The position numbers were made by a program, and so were the translations under genes. A DNA stretch of 64,000 bases from Octopus vulgaris (taxonomy: Eukaryota). The number at the start of each line of letters is the position of its first letter. Within the stretch, counting starts at the first letter, position 1. Of this stretch, positions 42,996 to 56,172 are shown one piece after another. The stretch lies in the NCBI GenBank assembly GCA_951406725.2, contig OX597836.1, positions 4,464,001 through 4,528,000 on the forward strand, in the 5' to 3' direction. Below the pieces are notes generated by a model. It ran no database searches. It worked only from the letters and a program-made list of their open reading frames with translations, and was not told the origin of the DNA.

Positions 42996-43150
42996 GTGAG
43001 GATTTACAAAAACAATCAGAAGACGAAGACGAGTGTGTAAACAACAAACAGATGTATTAGTGTAACGCTCGAGAAGTGAGAAAGTCTTTTACGTTTCGAG
43101 CCTACGCTCTTCAACTGAAAGGAACAGGAATAAATCAACAGGGAGAGAAA
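42996..43150 (-). mobile_element. Penelope-like terminal-repeat fragment with degenerate minimal hammerhead motif (43086-43121)
   Basis: Minus strand reads CTTT-CAGTTGA-A-GAGC(GTAG)GCTC-GAAA-CG-TA-AAAG. A homologous fragment lacking this core lies at ~40575-40655. Confidence 0.55.
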
Positions 43151-43662
43151 TACATACATGCACACATACATACATATGTCTGTGTGTGACAAAGTGATTA
43201 GTGTCAGAAGTACCAATTTTTTGTTAGGGAATCGTGGGGCTTTGTGCAATCTCTTTAATTATTTTACAAAGTTGGATGCCTTTTATATCGATTTTTAATA
43301 GTTTGCTCCTGAGGGAGAAGATGCTGTTGTTGTCCGGCGTGACCGGAAATGTTAGAAGAAACTGCTTTATTATCGACTAAATAATGTAACTGTTTTGGTT
43401 ATTTTCCCTCAAATATCACTGATCACGAAATTTGCCAGATCAGTTTGTTTTTTCTTTTTCTGACCGGATAGGGAAATGTGTGTTTCAAAATCATACTTAA
43501 AATCTCGATGATTCAGCTGGGCTGTAAATGAGTACCGATGGGTACTTGTGCATCCCCGTCATTTGTCATATCCTGCTTGTTCAACTTCGAGAAAATAACA
43601 TTGTAGTGTTCACATAAGATTACGATACATGCATTTTTATAAAGCAAAGTCTATGAATATTT

Positions 43663-44249
43663 ATATAGATATTTTCGATCTAGTTTGAATTTTTTGCAAT
43701 CAAATTTGAATTTTTCAATTGGTGCTCAATTTGAAAAAAAAAAGTTAAACTATATCAGCCGTAAGGGAATACATGTCTATCGTATCTAACTCGTCCAGTA
43801 GAGCCCACCAATTGATATCAGAAAAGTTCGATGAAATAACTCATGAACACTGTGATAGTTTCTACTAAAAGATGCTCTCTAACGACGACCAGTCTGAACA
43901 ATGGGAGATAATAGAAACAGAATCATTCGTTTATTATCTCCCATTGTTCAGACTGGTCGTCGTTAGAGAGCATCTTTTGGTAGAAGCTATCACAGTGTTC
44001 ATGAGTTATTTCATCGAACTTTTCAGATATCAATTGGTGGGCTCTACTGGACGAGTTAGATACGATAGACATGTATTCCCTTATGGCTGATGTATTTTAA
44101 CTCTTTTTTTTTTCAATGCTTGAGCACCAATTGAAACCTTCAAATTTGATTGCAAAAAATTCAAATTTGATTGTAAAGCATTCAAATTTGATTGCAAAGA
44201 ATTCAAATTTGATAGCAAAGAATCCAAATTAGATCGAAAACATCTATAT
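43663..44249. repeat. Long inverted repeat / foldback element
   Basis: 43751-43913 pairs without gaps with 43932-44094 (163 bp, 5 non-Watson-Crick positions). Outer arms extend to 43663 and 44249, and the right arm has four 21-bp tandem units at 44139-44222. Confidence 0.97.
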
Positions 44250-45132
44250 TTCAGAGCCTATTGCATTTTCCATAACGCAGCCAGTTAGAAATTAGTGTCG
44301 TACATCCAGTTATGTTAATGTTGTACGCACTATCATATTTAATATGCTATATGTGCAAAAATTTTATATGTCATATGTGATACAGCGTATCACAATTTAG
44401 ACCACTCATCCGACTTTAATCAGGAGAAAATTTCGGTCAACCTATTCCATTGTACATATTATGCTTGCTGATTGTTTGTACTGATTGCTTATATAATCAG
44501 ATACACGCAAGGATTTCTTCTTTAGAATGCGAAGTATATGATATATCACACGCATAAAATATACGTATAATAATTACGTATATCCTTCTGTACGTATATT
44601 AATTCATTAAATAATAATACATAGATAACTGAAAATATAAGATGTACTTGCATAGCAAGTGACCAAATCTGCGATCGTGTGCTGGAACGAAAACAATTGC
44701 AGCGTGGAAGGTATTTATAAGCCATTAGCACAGAATTCTGTCAGTGAACAGGTCGCGGTCTCAAAGCGACGAGCATATTTTGACAAATTGAATTTAAATA
44801 TTGAAGTAAATCTAACGGACTTTCTGTGTTTCTTAGAAAATATAAGTTCAGGTTTATATCAGTGCTTCTTGGAGAAATTTCGTCTCCGATTAATATTAAG
44901 TATATCAATAGGGAACTAAATTAGTTGCCCAGTTACTTTGGACTATTCTATTTATCGTAGCTACAGGACAACGAAAAGCTTTGTAGCACGTTAGCTAGAC
45001 GGAGACTATATATATAAATGTATGTATATATGTAAATGTATGTATATCTATCTCTATGAGAGTGTCAGTATATTTCTCACTCGGTAAAATAGAAAAATGG
45101 CGTACGCGTTTATGTTTGTAACTTAGCTTATA

Positions 45133-45546
45133 GGCGCAGGAGTGGCTGTGTGGTAAGTAGCTTGTTTACCAACCACATGGTCCCGGGTTCAGTCCCACTG
45201 CGTGTCAACTTGGGCAAGTGTCTTCTGCTATAGCCTCGGGCCGACCAAAGCCTTGTGAGTGGATTTGGTAGACGGAAACTGAAAGCCCGTCGTATATATG
45301 TACATATATATATATATGTGTGTGTGTGTTTGTGTGTCTGTGTTTGTCCCCCTAGAATTGCTTGACAACCGATGCTGGTGTGTTGATGTCCCCGTTACTT
45401 AGCGGTTCGGCAAAAGAGACCGATAGAATAAGTACTGGGCTTACGAAAGAATAAGTCCCGGGGTCGGGTTGCTCGATTAAAGGCGGTGCTCCAGCATAGC
45501 CGCAGTCAAATGACTGAAACAAGTAAAAGAGTAAAGAGTAAAGAGA
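45133..45546 (+). mobile_element. SINE family A, full-length young copy (tRNA-like head, internal (TA)n(TG)n)
   Basis: GGCGCAGGAGTGGCTGTGTGGTAAG (A-box-like), GGGTTCAGTCCC (B-box-like), TTGGGCAAGTG core-like motif and an (AAAGAGT)n tail. Confidence 0.95.
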
Positions 45547-46014
45547 GCTGTGCGGTAAAATATATAGTACAAGATGTAGAACAAGAAGTTGGAATATACA
45601 CTCACTTAATTGTTCGTTGGAAAGACCTGAAGACAGTGCTGCAGCATGGTCGCATTCGAAGAGCTGAAAGAAGCAACAGAGTAACAGTCCACTTGCATGC
45701 ATATATATGCGAATATGTGTATACTTGCGTGTGTGCATGTGTATGTACGTATGTATAAAGATACTATGTAACGATGTATGTGTTTGCATGTCTAAGCGTG
45801 TCTGGGTATCTTACACGGTTGCTAATGAGAACTTGTCTATTACTGAGAAATTTAATTATTTAAAGAAACACACACGTGAATATGTGTGTATGTGTATATT
45901 ATATATATATATATATATGCTTATACGAATATGTACTTATATTTATATATATTTATATACATATGTATACATAATTTTGTCTGTGTGTATCAATGTATAT
46001 ACACACAAATATAT

Positions 46015-46122
<108 letters not shown>

Positions 46123-46784
46123 CTATTTATTTATTTATATATACATACATATATACACGTAGGTACTCAGTAGACACAATTATGCGTGTGATTACAATAT
46201 TACTGTATTAATATTTACATACATATTTAACTCAATTTTGCTGACTTTTTAGTCTTTGAAAAACTTTCGTTCTTCTAACATCAATGGTGAAATTCTTAAG
46301 ATCTCTGAATTGAAAATTCTTGTGAAATTTTGAAGTTAAATTATTAACGATGTCCTCTTTTGCAAGTTGAATTTCATTTAGTGCTAAGATATTTAAAATA
46401 ACATGTATGTATGTATGTATGTATGTATGTATGTATGTATGTATGTATGTATGTATGTATGTATGTATGTATGTATGTATGTATGTATGTATATATATAT
46501 AAACAAATATATATATATATATACATATATACGCATATATATGTGCATATATATAAACATATATAAATATATAAACATATATACATATATACATATATAT
46601 ATGTGCATATATATATACATGTATATACACAAAAGACATATATGAGCATACACGCGTGCGTATAGATGTATGTGTTTGTATGTATGGGTGCGTGTGTTTG
46701 TAAATATCTGTTTCTTTATATATATATATATGTACTTATATATCTATATATGCATATATATATGTATAAATATATATGCATACT

Positions 46785-46843
<59 letters not shown>

Positions 46844-47281
46844 TTCAGTGCAGAGACATTAAATTGCTTACATGAATAATTATTCAAGGAAGAAGAAAGC
46901 AATATCAACGGCCGGCTATTAGTATTTTGCCGTTTCATCACGTACTAGAAGCAATAATGGACAAGTTGTTTTGTATTAAATATGACTTCATCAGTGAACT
47001 ATATTTCATCTTTTCTTTAATTGATCTATGTTATTAAGTATACAATCTTGTATATTTATTTTCCTTTTGATTCTCGTATCTCTACTTGGGAATAAACATA
47101 ACAGTTAATATTTAGTTGCGCAAGTCAGAATGGTGTGTTTACCCCTTGCTAGCCGTAATAATTAAAATAGTAATTCTTGCTTTTTTTTTTTTTTCGGGTT
47201 TTATTTACTTAAATTCTAGTTATGGCTTTTATTGCTCTCCATATTAAATATATAAACATGACACAACCAAAATAACCTCGA

Positions 47282-47326
47282 CTGATAACCATGATATATT
47301 TGGCTGATAACCATGATATATTTGGT
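47282..47326. repeat. Two tandem copies of a 21-bp unit
   Basis: CTGATAACCATGATATATTTGG occurs twice in tandem. Confidence 0.9.
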
Positions 47327-47897
47327 TAAGTTAAGATTAACCATTTCGTTTAGCGCGTTTACTATTTATTACATGTAACGCCGTATCGACAACCTGTCAT
47401 GTGCGTACGATTTCATTGTGTGACCTCTATGGGAAAATATTCCCATAAAATCCGAACATGTCCAAAACATAAAATTTCTTGAATTGATTAGGAAAACATC
47501 GTATAAAAGCATTAAAAAATTTCTATTTCGATGTAGCGTGTTCTTAGGAAAACTGATTGAAAATATCTGGCAATTTAGACGTGAATGGTATTTGACTTTT
47601 AACATCCAAGTATTAAAAAACATCTCGTATAAATGTCATATAAGATTAGTATAATGAGAAGAATACCGTTATGCTCTGATTTTTAATGTGACTCGTTTGA
47701 AATATGTTAACACTTTCTCAACTCTGTGTCTGTCTGAATAAAATGTCTATTATTTTCAGTTAGCCGTTGTTTATTGTGTTTAATATATGAGAGACAACCA
47801 CTTACAACCTCTCACTTCCTTGTTCTCTATTTCTATTTCCATAACTGTCACTCTTCTCTCTCTCTTTCTCTCTCTCTCTCTGAAGACATATATATAC

Positions 47898-47957
<60 letters not shown>

Positions 47958-48111
47958 ATTATATTTGTATGTTTGTATTATATATATACGTATATATATG
48001 TGTGTGCATATATCTATTTATTTCTATATATGTTTGTCTAAACTGTGTATATACACACACACAAACACACACATACACATACAAACACACACACACATAT
48101 ATATTTAGATA

Positions 48112-49490
48112 CAAGGTGTCAAAAAGATGATTGCACATATCGATTTTAAACTCAATGTTTATTTAAATACTTTTCATTTCAAAATTTAAGAATTTAGTTG
48201 TATCTACAGACTGAATTGAATTTTCTTACGAAACCCTGTTCTTAAACTGATTGCTCTTTTCCAGGCACTTTTCAGAACAATGGAATCGCAAAATCTAGAG
48301 ACGTATCGTTCGGTATTTCTGCTTATTTTGTTTCAATGGCTACCCGCAATACGTAAACTTTTACATATGTTATAACGTAAAAATAATCCGCGAAATATCG
48401 CTATTAAAATGTTTCGTGATGTGAGGTCTTGTGAAAGCGGCAGATATTCTACGCTTCATCTCCCATTGCACTCGTTTACAAAAACATCACCTAGAGAAGC
48501 CCTTGCATATCTCTGGCTGTTGTGAGCTCCACTATCTTTCTACAAATACAACTACAATTCTTCAAAGCCCTCTGGAACGAATAACATTCGAGATCGTCAC
48601 AGCAAGTTCAAGTAATTGCGACTAGTCAGAGTATCATCCAAAAATAAATTGTTCAGTTAATCCTTATGAATACAAGCCGTGCCATATTGTAGCTTCTATA
48701 TATTTCATGATGTTTGCGAGAAATATGCGAACTCAAAGCTTCCCGGTAAATACAGAGGTAGCGGTCAGTTGAAGCATATTATTCAAATATCACCTTTTCA
48801 CACCAAAACATTTCTGTTAGACTGTGTACATCTCCTACACATCTTACCAAGTATCATTCGCAAAGCGGCACAATTTGATCCCCTAGCAGCTTCATTTCGG
48901 GCACAGTCTATTCTTATGAGGTTACTATTCCATTTATAGAACACGGAAATGCGATGAATTTTTGATTTTGGAATACTCATCTCACAAGTCTGTTGCTGCA
49001 GATATTGTTCGGCACTCACAATACGTTTCTGGTACTCTGTTTTGCATTGCAGGCCTCTTCGTTGTCGCCAGTCTTACAGGACGTTTCTTCTGGGCAATCA
49101 GAACAGTTGCATCTGCTTTAAAATTGTCTCTAAACCAAATGATATTAAACCGCGTAAATGCAGTGGTTCCGAATTTCTCACTAAATTCTCTATGAACTTT
49201 GATTGTTTTCGAACTTCCAGGAGCACGTTAGTACACGTATTCTATGTGTAAACGCTAGTCAGTTTCCTTTCATTATTTCCTAGTTCAAATTCCGGCGAGA
49301 TCGATTTTGCCTTTCATCCTTTCGGGGATAACAAACTAAGTACCAGTTAAACACTGGACTCGATGTAATCGACACATGCCCTCCTCCCAAAATTAGATGA
49401 GCGACGAGCAGGTAAATTGTGTATACATTGTGAAACTTGCCCTGTCTACATATGTCTGTCTGTTTGTGCACACACACACACACATATATA

Positions 49491-49522
<32 letters not shown>

Positions 49523-49544
49523 CATATACATACATATATGTGTG

Positions 49545-49603
<59 letters not shown>

Positions 49604-49796
49604 GTATGTATGTATGTATGTATGTATACGTATGTACAAAGTACTATTTGTTCTCGATCAGAGTTGTTCGAAAACGGAGGCACTATTGTATTTTATTTCT
49701 AAACTTACTCGCCAGGACTCGAAATGAATGGAAATCTGCAGATAATGGAATTTTAAATGGCTTACTGATGAAGTTTTTATTTTCAGATCACCCTTG
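48112..49796 (-). mobile_element. Heavily decayed Tc1/mariner (DD41D/rosa-like) transposon interrupted by SINE-B fragment and microsatellites
   Basis: Minus-strand remnants VHREFSEKFGTTAFTRFNI..FRDNFKADATV, EMSIPKSKIHRI...KW, IWHGL...GL...FIF and VEYLPLSQDLT (compare WPPRSPDLTP). The terminus TA-CAAGGTGTC is at 48110, and a possible opposite end CACCCTTG is at ~49796. Confidence 0.6.
49281..49395 (+). mobile_element. SINE family B fragment
   Basis: AGTTCAAATTCCGGCGAGATCGATTTTGCCTTTCATCCTTTCGGGG...AAGTACCAGTT. Confidence 0.85.
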
Positions 49797-49974
49797 AGTG
49801 AAAAAAAATCCTGAAGCCAGAAAAGTATAAGAGAAAGAAAATGTTATACTTGTAAATATTCAGGAATTAATATTTTATTCTTTTCCTGACCAATTTGTCT
49901 ATCCCTAAGAGGTTTTTATGAATAACTCACTTTTATGTATTCAGCCACAGTATACCAAATATTGGACCGCTTTC

Positions 49975-50640
<666 letters not shown>

Positions 50641-51446
50641 GCTATCGAGTCAACTATCGATCTGTTTGTCGATCTATTTCTACAAGACCATGTATTACAA
50701 CACGGAAAATCCATTACATTAAAAGGAACGAAATAATTAAGCGAGACGCTATAATTGTCCCTAATCGTAACATCCTTGCACATTCCAGGAGTAAACAGGT
50801 GTGTTACTTCGCGAAAAACATTGTCCAGACTTTACATTTATGCTTCAAATCTTTCACCATTACGATGACAAGTAAAATGGCGTTCATGCTTGTCTGAGGA
50901 AATTCCAAGCAATAACACCGACACTTGCTCTTATTCGTTTTCTCATTTTCCAAACAAATTACACCAACCTTCCCCATACAAAAAACGCCATTTAAGTTCT
51001 CCTTATCACACAATTATTTCAAGTCATACTTTAATACACGATTCATTAAATATATTGTCTCTAAATTATTTATCGCCCGATATGTCTTTCTTGACTATTT
51101 ACCATCTTGAACAACATAATTATTTTTACTAAGCTCTTTAACAAACGGACCATTAAACATGCGCAGACAAACATCAGTCTGTCCGTCATTATGTCTCAAA
51201 ATATAATTATTCCAAGCTAGTTGTTTATCGCTCGCTGCATTAAACATGTTAACACTATCTCGGCTGTCGATCTGTCTCCCTCTTCCTCAATGTATATGCA
51301 TAACTACATCGTTATTTCTTACTAGTTTTATGTTTACTCCGGTAAATATGTTAACAAAAACATTACCATTCTACGAATCAGCGTAGAGATAAGTGATTTT
51401 CTAGTTTCCACACTCGTTAATCTCAGATTCTGTATATATGTCAGTA

Positions 51447-51545
<99 letters not shown>

Positions 51546-51580
51546 GTGTGTGTGTGTGTGTGTGTCTGCGTGTGTCTGTG

Positions 51581-51634
<54 letters not shown>

Positions 51635-51984
51635 TTAACATCCCTGTCACTTTGCACAGCGGCAAAAGAAAACGATAAAAGCGCCCATAACATGGTCGAT
51701 TCGTTTGAGTAAAATTCTTAACTGCATTTCTGCAACTTACCCACCGTCTAAAGACTGAAACAAATAAAGGAATAAACGAATCCATTTATATTTATAAATA
51801 CATACATACATACATTCATCCATCCATCCATCCATACATCCATCCATCCATCCATACATACATACATATGAACACTGCCGTGACCATATCGTATTCTTCG
51901 TCTGCCATAAAGGCATTATTTTCCAAATACGCCAGCTAAGCTAAGTTCAACTGTCTAAAGTCGTAAGACACCCGCTGTTTTTGT

Positions 51985-52256
51985 CCTGTCATTACTATTA
52001 TTGTTTTTTGTATTTATATTCGTGTGGCATCGTCCATTTTTCTGTCCTTGTTTCGTATACATTCGATCCTTTTTCCAAGAAATTTAATGCTTGTAGCTTA
52101 GTTTTTCCTTGGGGCTGGCTGGATCGGAGCGATCTCAAAATTAATCAGCCGAAATTGCAAGGATGATCCGGTTCTTGACTGAAGATTAGAGGCTTCGAAT
52201 GACCCGTCCGTTTTTGTGTCGTCCATTTGAGTGTTTTGCGTTCTTTGTATTTTTTT
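51985..52256 (+). repeat. Longer copy of the unclassified interspersed repeat also present at 29386-29508
   Basis: Shares TAATCAGCCGAAATT..GATGATCCGGTTCTTGACTGAAGA..TTCGAATG..C.GTCCGT with the 29386-29508 fragment. Confidence 0.75.
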
Positions 52257-52271
52257 AATATATATTTTTTA

Positions 52272-52317
<46 letters not shown>

Positions 52318-52446
52318 ACTATACACACATACATAATCCCACACATACGTATATAAACATATATGCCCGTATGTATGCATAAACATATTTACACAAACGG
52401 GAGTAACTATAGAATAATGCTTCTGTTTTCGAGTAACTCTGATCGC

Positions 52447-52513
<67 letters not shown>

Positions 52514-52568
52514 CATACATACATACATACATACATACATACATACATACATAGATGTATATAAAGCA

Positions 52569-52694
52569 CGATTTCTTCGTGATCCGAGGGGTTCGTAAAC
52601 CGAGGAACTACTGTATTATATGAATATGAGAAAGACAGGAGATAGTAAGGTGTCTTCATGATCAAAGTGGTTCGTAAACCGAGGTACTTCTGTA
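52569..52694 (-). mobile_element. Two same-orientation Tigger/pogo-like terminal inverted repeat remnants
   Basis: Reverse complements TA-CAGTAGTTCCTCGGTTTACGAAC (ending 52615) and TA-CAGAAGTACCTCGGTTTACGAAC (ending 52694) resemble TcMar-Tigger TIRs with a TA target. Confidence 0.6.
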
Positions 52695-52990
52695 CTACTA
52701 TTAATTTTAATCAAATGATACTCGTCGCTGTTACACGTGGTTACTGTTTCCTTGCGTGCATTGGTCGACCAAAAAAGACTTACGGGGAGACTGAACTGTG
52801 CGCTCTCTCCAGCAAACCGAAGGCTCTCGGAGCTATATAAATGAAAGTTATTGGACAGTCGATAAACAACGAATTGTTTGCCTTTTGTAGAATAGGAACG
52901 ACACGAGATTGAATTGACTAATAGACATTTTAAATATTTGCCTAACCAATCATGTGTATGTATATGTGAGTGTGTGCGTATGTATTCATC

Positions 52991-53033
<43 letters not shown>

Positions 53034-53195
53034 CTGAGCGTGAGTGTACGTGAGTATGCGCGTGTGTATGAATATGTATGTGCATTTCGATGAAACAAAC
53101 GCAGAATAGACTTATTAACGAATCAAACTTTTATACGTATTTTAATGTATATGTACCTATTTCCGTACATACATTTATACGTACAGGTATATGTA

Positions 53196-53259
<64 letters not shown>

Positions 53260-54515
53260 CAGATATATATATATATATAGAGAGAGAGAGATAGCGAGAG
53301 AGAGACAGAGAAAGAGAGAGATAAAAAACACACACATATACATACATATGAATGGGGTGTGCGTGTACGTGCGTGTGGGTGTGTGCTTGAATTCTCTGAG
53401 AGGTTAATTTGAATTGTTTATCCGACTTTCTAGATTTTTCTGTAAACAACCTTTCCTAAAAAAAAGCGGCTGCAACACAATTAGACAAATATATTGGGCA
53501 CACAAAGACATAGACGTATATTTGTATATCACATTTTGTACACGAGTGTATGTTTGTATATGTATATATCTATATATTTGTGAGTGGTGTTTGTGTGTGA
53601 ATGTGTGTGTACGTGTGTGTAGCAACGATACAGCAGCAAATAAAGCCTCTAGATTTGCGAGTGTATGTTTTATATCGGTGTATATTCACACGACTGAAGT
53701 AGAGAAGTAGCGTGATAATATATAACGAAAAATGCATCAAAGCACATCGATATCCTATTAATTATTTGAAGTAATTCTCTACAACACAACTGTCAACAAT
53801 GTATCTCGCTTTCCTTCATTCACACACAATGTAGCAGATTTCGTGTGAAAATCTGTAATTTGAGCTACATTTAACAGACGAACGAGTCACACATAACCTG
53901 CAGAACATGCGGCACATAAGATTATTGGAGTACAAAATACTCCTAAATTTTGCCTCTTGTATCATATGTATAAAACACAGGATATAAATGAAGGCTAATA
54001 TTGCAAATAACGTTTCAGCAATGCTGATTACATATTTTATTTTACTAATTATATGACTTGTCTTCATGTTGTGATTAAATCCGTCGCATGGAAAATATTT
54101 TAGTGAGTTGTTATTTAGAAATCACTCGAGAATTGATGTAAGTGAGATTTAAAAATTAATCCTGTTTGCTTCAATAGAGCGGTTATATTTTTTTAATAAA
54201 AATTATATCATATGATTTTATGGCAGATAAATGTCGGTAATGTAAATTTTGTGATGGACAAACGTATTTTATAGTTTCTCCTATAATCGTTTTTAAAATT
54301 CATACACAGAATAATAAAATCTGATAATGGAACAGCATTCATTGATCCTCTGTACTGAGGATTCGCTCAAACAGTTTCAAAAGCGAGGAAAGTCCCTGTA
54401 ATGAGTTTGCGGTCAACGAATTTTCATTCATAAGATGTGGTCAAAGAATGCTGATTGTAAAAGCAACTGCTCGCTTTATTTCTTGATTGTGAAGTGGTTA
54501 ACATAATTCTTGACC

Positions 54516-54763
54516 ATATATATGTGTGTGTGTATATGTTTGTGTGTCTGTGTTTGTCCCCCCCCACCATCGCTTGACAACCGATGCTGGTATGTTTAGG
54601 TCCTCGTAAGCTAGCGGTTCGACAAAACAGTCCGATAAAATAAGTACCAGGCTTCCAAAGAATAAGTCCTGGGGTCGATTTGCTCGAATAAAGGCAGTGC
54701 TTCAGCATGGCCACAGTCAAATGACTAACAAAAGTAAAACAGAAAAGAGAAAGAGAAATAGAG
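54516..54763 (+). mobile_element. SINE family A 3' half
   Basis: GTGTTTGTCCCCC..CGCTTGACAACCGATGCTGGT...CAGCATGGCCACAGTCAAATGACT. Confidence 0.88.
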
Positions 54764-55204
54764 TCCTCATTACTTCTGAAACTCAGAATATTTTCTTTTT
54801 TCAGGTTTAGCAAGTGTCGCAACTTCCTCTCTTGTTGTCGTTTCGGATAAATTTGTCGATTTTATTGTTTAGTAAATGTCTCCCCTTCGTTGCGTTCTTT
54901 CGTGTCGTCTCATTATTGATTTAACTAAATCATTTCAATGTCGTGCATTCCACAATTATTCTCTCTATTATTTTCTCGTTGGCAATATAGATTTTACGCT
55001 CCATGCCTATGTGGGCGCGCGCTCTATGTGCTTGTATGTGTGTGTGTGTGTTGGAAGAGCGTGGTCGATCGCTTAAAGCTATCTGCTATGAAAATGCAAT
55101 TATTTCTGCATAGTCATATATATATATATGCATATATGCAAAGAAAAGAAAGCAGATATACAAAATATAAAGCCAAACAGGAAATATTTCACTTGTTACT
55201 TTAT

Positions 55205-55259
<55 letters not shown>

Positions 55260-55413
55260 GGTTTGTGTGTGTGTTTTGTATTTATTGGTACATAGATATA
55301 CAGATGGACAATTATTTTACGTACATTTGACAATAGAGAAATAATTGCTTTCTCATATCACAATATCTCTCGCGGGCGACACGCTCTTCACACATGCATA
55401 CATACTTACATAC

Positions 55414-55457
<44 letters not shown>

Positions 55458-55757
55458 ATGTATATATGTGTATATATATATATACATAAACATATGTATA
55501 AATACATATATGCGTGTGTATCTGAGTTTGCGTGTGTGTTGACCAATTCCATTTCAGATACAATATCTATTAAATATACTATTTTTTTAAAAATTGACTG
55601 CAATGGTATCCACAACAGTTTGGCCAAATCATAGATGTCCAATCAAATAATATTATCCATAATAAAAAAAAAATATGACCCTCTCATTAAAAGTGCTGGT
55701 CTTGATACATAATTAGTAACAATTAAATGTAATTATAATGATGGTCTGAACGTAACA

Positions 55758-55965
55758 AGTTGGCAGAATCTTTAGAACGCCAGGCAAAATGCTGAGTGGC
55801 ATTTCGTCCGTCCTGAGTTCAAATTCCGAGAAGGTCGATGTTTGCCCTTCATCCCTTTCAGCATCAATTAAATAAGTACCAGATGAGTACTGGGGTAGAT
55901 GTAATCGACTATCCTCCTTCCCCCCTCAACATTTCCGGCCTTCTCTCTTTGCTAGAAAGGGTTAT
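55758..55965 (+). mobile_element. SINE family B monomer, diverged
   Basis: TTGGCAGAATC..TAG, CTGAGTTCAAATTCCG and AAATAAGTACCAG..GAGTACTGGGGT.GATGTAATCGACT. Confidence 0.8.
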
Positions 55966-56172
55966 CGCCTGCAGTTTCAGAGTGAGGGCTAACTGGATTA
56001 CATTCACCACAACGATCACGAGATGCTTATTTCATCCAAACAATGAAATGCAAAATCGACCTCAACGACGCTGAACTTAGAACCGACAATCGGACTAAAT
56101 GACGTGAAGCATATTGTCCAGATTGCTTATGTTTCTCCAAGCACACCACCTTGATTTTGTCATTAATAATAA

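Noticed and set aside
43988-44008. TATCACAG (miR-2/13 seed) inside the long foldback
   Set aside because: An 8-nt match is expected by chance, and the stem is far longer than a pre-miRNA.
44139-44222. CRISPR-like array of 21-bp repeats (also the 15172 minisatellite)
   Set aside because: The units are contiguous with no unique spacers, there are no cas genes, and the context is eukaryotic.
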